Shown here: positions 1-4,112 of the stretch, piece after piece | Numbering within the stretch: the first letter of the stretch is position 1 | Layout: each line of letters opens with the position of its first letter | Origin: a virus | Lineage: Duplodnaviria > Heunggongvirae > Uroviricota > Caudoviricetes | Virus record (IMG/VR): IMGVR_UViG_3300028956_000044 | DNA length: 9,055 nt | Reading direction: 5' to 3' (one strand) | The notes under the pieces: model-generated | What the model was told of the DNA's origin: nothing | What the model saw: only the letters and a program-made list of their open reading frames with translations | Database searches by the model: none | Position numbers and translations under genes: made by a program

Positions 1-44
1 CCTTTAATTTTTTCCCGCTCTTCTTGTGTAAAAACTTTTGCCAC
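1..44 (-). CDS. possible 5' end of the next early/replication gene (partial, runs off window)
   Basis: Minus strand: AGGAGG (complement of 49-54) lies 4 nt upstream of a GTG (complement of 42-44) opening a frame reading MAKVFTQEEREKIK to the window edge, 40 bp downstream of the replication-protein stop. Only 14 codons visible; no ATG. Confidence 0.25.
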   Translation of the reverse strand, partial: MAKVFTQEEREKIK

Positions 45-84
45 AAGCCCTCCTGAAAATTACCTCATGACCAGAAATTAACAC

Positions 85-1050
85 TTACCCCCTGAAGCCC
101 GGCGGAATTTCGGTATCCGGCTCAGAAATATGATTCACACAACGCTGTACAGACGAACGCCCCAGGCGGATAACCAGTTCATCCCATTTTTCGCGAAGCT
201 TTAACGGACTCATGATATTTTTTACCCAGAATGGATCCCGCTGCACCCGACCAAACATTTCACAAATTTGTCTGTGAGTTCTGCCATCCAGCATCCGCAT
301 TGTGCGCACGTCGTTGGCCCATGCGGTCCAGTTGGGTTCTTTCGGTCGCGAAATCTCGCCATCATCGCTGGCGGCCTGCTCGTAAAGACTCACGATTCGC
401 CCCCAGATCCACTGCGCACACGCCAAATCTTCCTGGCTGCCCCACTGGCGTTTTTTCGCACTGAACACAACCGCGTCAGGGTGTCGGGTTAAAAAATCCT
501 GTTCAACCGTCTGCGGGTCCGGTTGCGAAGCTTCCGGACGAGAAGTCTTTTTATTCTCTGTAGTAATCTCTGTTGTATTCTCTGTAAGATCATCAGGCCA
601 TTTTGACCAGATGACATTGAGTCGTTTTGAACCAATGGAGCGTTTCATTTTGACCTCTTCCATCGTGTCATTTTGACCTGATGGAGCGGCGCATTTTAAA
701 CCGATGGATTCGCTCAATTTGCCACCATCTAAAAGCTCGCTCCCGTAGTTGATCGTGTAGAAATTGGTCATATCGCGCTTTGATTTATTGAGCTTTTCAC
801 AACGCAAAAGCCCCAGCGTTTTCAGACTTGCAAACGCGCGCTTTAACGTTGACTCTGACCAGAATGGGAACTGTTCCAGCCATTGTTCCGTTGTGTTATA
901 AATCCAGCGAACACCATCACATTCCATGCCGGAGTTGGTATCTCTCAACCAGTAGTGCAGTTGTTGCAAAACAATGGCTTCGTTTAAGCCAATTTTCATT
1001 GCCAGCTGCGTGTTTATAACCAGTGGGCGTTCAGCAAAAAGAAGACTCAT
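85..1050 (-). CDS. phage replication initiation / replisome-organizer-like protein (lambda O position)
   Basis: Long minus-strand ORF (track 85..1104 opens with TTG; first ATG is complement of 1048-1050, giving 321 aa). N-terminal segment MSLLFAERPLVINTQLAMKIGLNEAIVLQQLHYWL resembles the winged-helix N-domain of phage replication initiators as I recall them. Third gene downstream of the Cro-like gene, as in lambdoid early-right operons. Family assignment is from memory, not alignment. Confidence 0.6.
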   Translation of the reverse strand: MSLLFAERPLVINTQLAMKIGLNEAIVLQQLHYWLRDTNSGMECDGVRWIYNTTEQWLEQFPFWSESTLKRAFASLKTLGLLRCEKLNKSKRDMTNFYTINYGSELLDGGKLSESIGLKCAAPSGQNDTMEEVKMKRSIGSKRLNVIWSKWPDDLTENTTEITTENKKTSRPEASQPDPQTVEQDFLTRHPDAVVFSAKKRQWGSQEDLACAQWIWGRIVSLYEQAASDDGEISRPKEPNWTAWANDVRTMRMLDGRTHRQICEMFGRVQRDPFWVKNIMSPLKLREKWDELVIRLGRSSVQRCVNHISEPDTEIPPGFRG

Positions 1051-1552
1051 AATTCCATCCAGCTTTTTGTTGGTATTGCTGTCGATACGCAAGCTTGAAA
1101 GCAATTGCTTTTTCTATAAGTTCGTCAGTTTCACGATCTACAACGGCAGGATCTGCAAAAAGCAGTCCGGATTCCACCACATCGCCATATTCTTTATTTA
1201 ACCCGGCGATCATGTACGTAATACTTTTTCCATCACTGATCTCACGATACAACCTGAAATCACTAATCCGGATAGCCTCCATAATCGCAGGCACTAGCGC
1301 CGTGAACTTTTCACGCTTATCCCTGGTGTCGATAGCCTTCCAGCGTTCGAATATCTTCACTCGATTAACGCCAAGCGCTCGCTGATCAACCGCGCCACCT
1401 TCATCTGTGACACGCTGAACATCGATGTTCGGGCGCTCTTTCAAAGCCCAGAATGCTTCAGTGATTAATATCGTCGCCTGCTCCTGTGTCATTCCTGGTC
1501 GACATATCCAGGCATCCAGAGCCTCACGAGCCTGTTCAGGAGTGATTTTCAT
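1031..1552 (-). CDS. 173-aa early protein in CII/YdaT position, function unknown
   Basis: ATG start (complement of 1550-1552) overlaps the dicC-like stop by 17 nt; its stop overlaps the next gene start by 20 nt (translational coupling layout). Sits immediately downstream of the Cro-like gene. No motif I can name with confidence. Confidence 0.6.
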   Translation of the reverse strand: MKITPEQAREALDAWICRPGMTQEQATILITEAFWALKERPNIDVQRVTDEGGAVDQRALGVNRVKIFERWKAIDTRDKREKFTALVPAIMEAIRISDFRLYREISDGKSITYMIAGLNKEYGDVVESGLLFADPAVVDRETDELIEKAIAFKLAYRQQYQQKAGWNYESSFC

Positions 1553-1766
1553 TGTTCAACCGCCCCGCCCGCTTCGTCTTACGATATTCATCATAAACTT
1601 TGGGATCATACTGAAGCTCCCCGCCAGATGCCTCCTGTAGACGCATCGCGCGACCTTCGGGAACTAAATCCCCTTTCCAGCTATAAAGCGAAGCCAAACG
1701 AATACCTGCTGCTTGTGCAAGTTTTGTTTTTGAACCGAAATACAAAAGAGCGTCAGTTTTAAGCAT
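1536..1766 (-). CDS. dicC: Cro-like regulator DicC
   Basis: 76-aa ORF divergent from the repressor gene, ATG at complement of 1764-1766. The length and divergent position match E. coli Qin DicC (76 aa) as I recall it. Promoter-like -35 TTGACT / 17 nt / -10 TATTTT on the minus strand (complement of 1799-1827) precedes it. Confidence 0.8.
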   Translation of the reverse strand: MLKTDALLYFGSKTKLAQAAGIRLASLYSWKGDLVPEGRAMRLQEASGGELQYDPKVYDEYRKTKRAGRLNNENHS

Positions 1767-1780
1767 TTAAAACACCTTTA

Positions 1781-1800
1781 TTGTTAGTCATGACTAACAA
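1781..1800. promoter_or_regulatory. perfect 20-bp palindrome TTGTTAGTCATGACTAACAA, probable DicA operator
   Basis: Read directly: the sequence equals its own reverse complement. It lies 15 bp upstream of the dicC start and immediately downstream of the putative dicC -10. Core TTAGTCATGACTAA (1784-1797) recurs in related form at 1834-1847 and 2330-2343. Confidence 0.65.
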
Positions 1801-1827
1801 AATAGATGTTAACAAAAACATAGTCAA
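1799..1827 (-). promoter_or_regulatory. putative sigma70 promoter for dicC
   Basis: Minus strand reads TTGACT, 17-nt spacer, TATTTT, followed directly by the 20-bp palindrome; this is the geometry expected for operator occlusion. Confidence 0.45.
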
Positions 1828-1833
1828 TACGAT

Positions 1834-1847
1834 TTAGCATTAGCTAA
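1834..1847. promoter_or_regulatory. operator-like site TTAGCATTAGCTAA immediately upstream of the dicA ATG
   Basis: 11 of 14 positions match the TTAGCCATGGCTAA palindrome and it contains the self-complementary TTAGCTAA. It ends 2 nt before the dicA start codon, suggesting autoregulation and a near-leaderless dicA transcript. Confidence 0.4.
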
Positions 1848-1849
1848 CT

Positions 1850-2257
1850 ATGGAAACAAAAAATTTAACTATCGGCGAACGCATTAGGTATCGTCGGAAA
1901 AACCTCAAACACACCCAAAGGTCTCTTGCTAAAGCCCTGAAAATCTCCCATGTGTCTGTATCACAATGGGAACGGGATGATAGTGAACCTACAGGGAAGA
2001 ACCTTTTTGCCCTCAGCAAAGTATTGCAATGCTCACCAACATGGATTCTATTTGGCGATGAAGACAAGCAACCAACACCACCTGTTGAGAAGCCAGTTGC
2101 CTTATCCCCCAAAGAACTAGAGCTCCTTGAGCTGTTTAATGCACTGCCAGAATCAGAACAGGATACCCAGCTCGCCGAAATGCGAGCTCGAGTAAAAAAC
2201 TTCAATAAACTCTTTGAAGAATTACTAAAAGCCCGTCAGCGGACAAATAAAAGATAA
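1850..2257 (+). CDS. dicA: XRE-family HTH repressor DicA (cI-like immunity repressor)
   Basis: 135-aa ORF with an N-terminal HTH segment (LKHTQRSLAKALKISHVSVSQWERD) typical of XRE/cI-type repressors. The length equals the 135 aa I recall for E. coli DicA, and it is divergent from the Cro-like gene with palindromic operators between. Confidence 0.85.
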   Translation: METKNLTIGERIRYRRKNLKHTQRSLAKALKISHVSVSQWERDDSEPTGKNLFALSKVLQCSPTWILFGDEDKQPTPPVEKPVALSPKELELLELFNALPESEQDTQLAEMRARVKNFNKLFEELLKARQRTNKR

Positions 2258-2317
2258 CATCATCAATGAGTTATCTTTTACCACATCAATCATGTTAGCC
2301 ATAACATACAAAATCAC

Positions 2318-2346
2318 TTGACCTATATGTTAGCCATGGCTAATCT
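2318..2346 (+). promoter_or_regulatory. putative DicA-repressed promoter of the rightward dicB operon, with operator palindrome TTAGCCATGGCTAA (2330-2343)
   Basis: TTGACC (2318-2323), 17-nt spacer, TAATCT (2341-2346; weak -10). A perfect 14-bp palindrome at 2330-2343 overlaps the spacer and -10, and a partial copy ATGTTAGCCAT lies at 2292-2302. Exact -10 assignment is uncertain. Confidence 0.5.
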
Positions 2347-2427
2347 TATTTACATCAACACACCGCACGGTGTTCTCAGCAAACAGTTCCGCTACCCCAG
2401 CGTTAAGGGGAAACAGAGGATTTCTCA

Positions 2428-2784
2428 GTGGGCGAAGTCAAACATCAGAATGGAAGGCGTCCAGGGATCAGCAAAGAAACAGCGATGGCGCTTTATATTG
2501 ATATCAGCGCCATTGCCGGACAGGTAAGAATTATCAGAGCGGTAACTAAGCGGTATGCGCCTTTACTTCAGAAAGTCTCTGGTGAGTGCACCGAAGATAT
2601 TGTCAACGATTTCGTCATCAAACTGCGAGGACTCATCTTCAGTTACAAGGTGACCACAATTTTTGCAGATGGCTCCCGCGAAACTGTCAGAGCCCTGCGG
2701 TTTAAAGGATGTGTCAAAGACTTCGCCACCACATTCTGGGCAAGAAAACTTGATTGTATTCATAACCAATTTCCTCTCGAGTAA
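2428..2784 (+). CDS. 118-aa ORF at the position of ydfA/ydfB in the dicB operon
   Basis: GTG start 7 nt after AGAGGA (2415-2420); first gene after the putative operon promoter. In K-12 I recall two small genes here (ydfA 51 aa, ydfB 42 aa); this window has one continuous frame. Its 3' two-thirds overlaps an antisense zinc-ribbon ORF, so the true extent is uncertain. Confidence 0.45.
   Translation: MGEVKHQNGRRPGISKETAMALYIDISAIAGQVRIIRAVTKRYAPLLQKVSGECTEDIVNDFVIKLRGLIFSYKVTTIFADGSRETVRALRFKGCVKDFATTFWARKLDCIHNQFPLE
2563..2763 (-). CDS. 66-aa Cys4 zinc-ribbon small protein, antisense to the ydfA/ydfB-equivalent region
   Basis: Minus-strand ORF MNTIKFSCPECGGEVFDTSFKPQGSDSFAGAICKNCGHLVTEDESSQFDDEIVDNIFGALTRDFLK with ATG at complement of 2761-2763, preceded by GAGAGG (complement of 2774-2779). 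Shows CPEC-x17-CKNC, a canonical zinc-ribbon spacing, followed by an acidic tail. Could still be a chance antisense frame. Confidence 0.35.
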   Translation of the reverse strand: MNTIKFSCPECGGEVFDTSFKPQGSDSFAGAICKNCGHLVTEDESSQFDDEIVDNIFGALTRDFLK

Positions 2785-2855
2785 CAGACCCCTCAGAGGA
2801 TACCACCTCGCCTGACGTGGTTAAAAGCAGGCAACGCTAACCACAAGGAGCCGAC

Positions 2856-3074
2856 ATGCAGAAACGAGAACCCGTCATCATCGCGCCAGACTATACCGAT
2901 GATGAACTTTATGAGTGGATGCGCCAGAAAATTAATGCAGCGCAGGATTTGAAATGGGCCAATGAAGCCAGGGCTAAGCAGGCTGAAAATCTGTCCGCTC
3001 TGGAGCAGGATATCACCAGGCTGGAAAAAGCAGCGGCATTAAGCATTGCCAGAATGATTACATACCCGCGTTAA
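2856..3074 (+). CDS. ydfC: YdfC-like small protein (72 aa), dicB operon
   Basis: ATG 5 nt after AAGGAG (2842-2847). The 72-aa length and position, about 340 bp upstream of DicF, match K-12 ydfC as I recall it; the protein sequence itself was not recognised. Confidence 0.6.
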   Translation: MQKREPVIIAPDYTDDELYEWMRQKINAAQDLKWANEARAKQAENLSALEQDITRLEKAAALSIARMITYPR

Positions 3075-3215
3075 TAGATAACCAACGAAGCTAAGGTTGG
3101 TAATTAAGGAGTTCTCCACGGGTGAGGTGGAGTGCGTGCGCCGGACACGGGTGAGCATCCGGCACTGACAGTTTACTGAAAGGATATTTCCCTGAAAAGT
3201 CAGACCATAACGCGA

Positions 3216-3280
3216 AAGCGCACGGCGAGGTAGCTGGTTCATAGATAGCCTGTCGTTAAATTTTCGTCGACCGTGCGCTT
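3216..3280 (+). other. RNA stem candidate: perfect 10-bp inverted repeat AAGCGCACGG / CCGTGCGCTT with 45-nt loop
   Basis: Read directly: 3216-3225 is the reverse complement of 3271-3280. Lies in the ORF-free ydfC-dicF spacer. Confidence 0.4.
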
Positions 3281-3353
3281 CCGGTTGTGGCAATCAGCGA
3301 AATGGCGCGGCGGTAAGTATGGCGGGGTTATTCCTTCCCCCGTTGAGGACACC

Positions 3354-3390
3354 GGGTTGTCAGGTTGACCATACGCTTAAGTGACAACCC
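3354..3390 (+). other. RNA stem candidate: perfect 9-bp inverted repeat GGGTTGTCA / TGACAACCC with 19-nt loop, 26 nt upstream of DicF
   Basis: Read directly: 3354-3362 is the reverse complement of 3382-3390. Confidence 0.4.
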
Positions 3391-3415
3391 CACTGCAACG
3401 CCCTCTGTTATCAAT

Positions 3416-3473
3416 TTTCTGGTGACGTTTGGCGGTATCAGTTTTACTCCGTGACTGCTCTGCCGCCCTTTTT
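3416..3473 (+). ncRNA. dicF: DicF small regulatory RNA (ftsZ-targeting sRNA of Qin-type prophages)
   Basis: The 53 nt at 3416-3468 match, to my recollection base for base, the E. coli DicF sequence. They end in a GC-rich hairpin plus a TTTTT run at 3469-3473. Position between ydfC and dicB is syntenic with K-12 Qin. Confidence 0.85.
3431..3473 (+). terminator. intrinsic terminator forming the DicF 3' end
   Basis: GGCGG (3431-3435) pairs with CCGCC (3463-3467), with an inner CAG/CTG pair, followed by CTTTTT. Confidence 0.75.
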
Positions 3474-3481
3474 AAAGTGAA

Positions 3482-3621
3482 TTTTGTGATGCGGTGAATG
3501 CGGCTAAGCGCACGCGGAACAGTTAAAACCAAAAACAGTGTTATGGGTGGATTCTCTGTATCCGGCGTTAATTGTTAACTGGTTAACGTCACCTGGAGGC
3601 ACCAGGCACCGCATCACAAAA
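3482..3621 (+). other. perfect 15-bp long-range inverted repeat bracketing the dicF-dicB spacer
   Basis: 3482-3496 TTTTGTGATGCGGTG is the exact reverse complement of 3607-3621 CACCGCATCACAAAA. Arm A starts 9 nt after the DicF T-run; arm B ends 21 nt before the dicB ATG. Confidence 0.5.
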
Positions 3622-3642
3622 CTCATTGTTGAGGGCGCGATA

Positions 3643-3831
3643 ATGAAAACGTTATTACCAAACGTTAATACGTCTGAAGGTTGTTTTGAAATTGGTGTCA
3701 CTATCAGTAATCCTGTATTTACTGAAGATGCCATTAACAAAAGAAAACACGAACGGGAGTTATTAAATAAAGTATGCATTGTTTCAATGCTGGCCCGTTT
3801 ACGTCTGATGCCAAAAGGATGTGCACAATGA
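3643..3831 (+). CDS. dicB: cell-division inhibitor DicB (62 aa)
   Basis: ATG at 3643 preceded by GAGGG (3631-3635). The 62-aa product MKTLLPNVNTSEGCFEIGVTISNPVF matches my recollection of DicB, and it sits about 170 nt downstream of DicF as in K-12. The track's 97-aa version is an in-frame GTG extension with no RBS. Confidence 0.85.
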   Translation: MKTLLPNVNTSEGCFEIGVTISNPVFTEDAINKRKHERELLNKVCIVSMLARLRLMPKGCAQ

Positions 3832-4019
3832 ATCCAGTATTTGCACTTATTCTGACGGTTTTTCTTGTTTCCGGAGAGCCAGTTGATATTGCAGTCAGTG
3901 TTCACAGAACAATGCAGGAATGTATGGCAGCAGCAACCGAACAGAAAATTCCAGGCAACTGTTATCCGGTCGATAAAGTTATTCACCAGGATAATAACGA
4001 AATCCCGGCAGGATTTTAA
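3828..4019 (+). CDS. ydfD: YdfD-like small membrane/lysis protein (63 aa)
   Basis: ATG at 3828 overlaps the dicB TGA in an ATGA junction. Hydrophobic N-terminus (MNPVFALILTVFLVSG). Length and position match K-12 ydfD as I recall it. Confidence 0.7.
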   Translation: MNPVFALILTVFLVSGEPVDIAVSVHRTMQECMAAATEQKIPGNCYPVDKVIHQDNNEIPAGF

Positions 4020-4112
4020 AACAGCACCGTAATAAATATCCAGTTTCATTCTTATATGTCAGCAATGGCAGAGATTTGTTCACCCTTAAATCTGTGATGA
4101 GGTTTACCAATA

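Noticed and set aside
231-1640. Plus-strand ORFs 231..464, 268..492, 828..1019, 974..1201, 1095..1385, 1425..1640
   Set aside because: All lie antisense within the long minus-strand early/replication genes, have no RBS or recognisable motifs, and are Ser/Arg/Cys-rich as expected of antisense frames.
1840-2205. Minus-strand 121-aa ORF antisense to dicA
   Set aside because: Fully nested antisense in a well-supported HTH repressor gene; Ser/Arg-rich, no RBS.
2318-2527. Plus-strand 69-aa ORF starting inside the putative promoter/operator
   Set aside because: Its start falls within the -35/operator region with no RBS, and it is out of frame with the better-supported ORF beginning at 2428.
3039-3293. 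Minus-strand 84-aa ORF in the ydfC-dicF spacer
   Set aside because: Arg-rich, no RBS, overlaps the ydfC 3' end antisense; the region is better explained as structured untranslated RNA.
3075-3415. Retron-like msr/msd or other reverse-transcriptase-associated ncRNA
   Set aside because: Inverted repeats are present but there is no reverse-transcriptase gene in the window, and DicF processing explains the structure more simply.
3538-3642. N-terminal extension of dicB (97-aa version from GTG at 3538)
   Set aside because: The GTG has no Shine-Dalgarno, whereas the ATG at 3643 has GAGGG at the right spacing and gives the 62-aa length I recall for DicB.
3504-4049. Minus-strand 181-aa ORF antisense to dicB/ydfD
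   Set aside because: Antisense to two coupled, RBS-supported genes; Cys/Asn-rich composition typical of a spurious frame.
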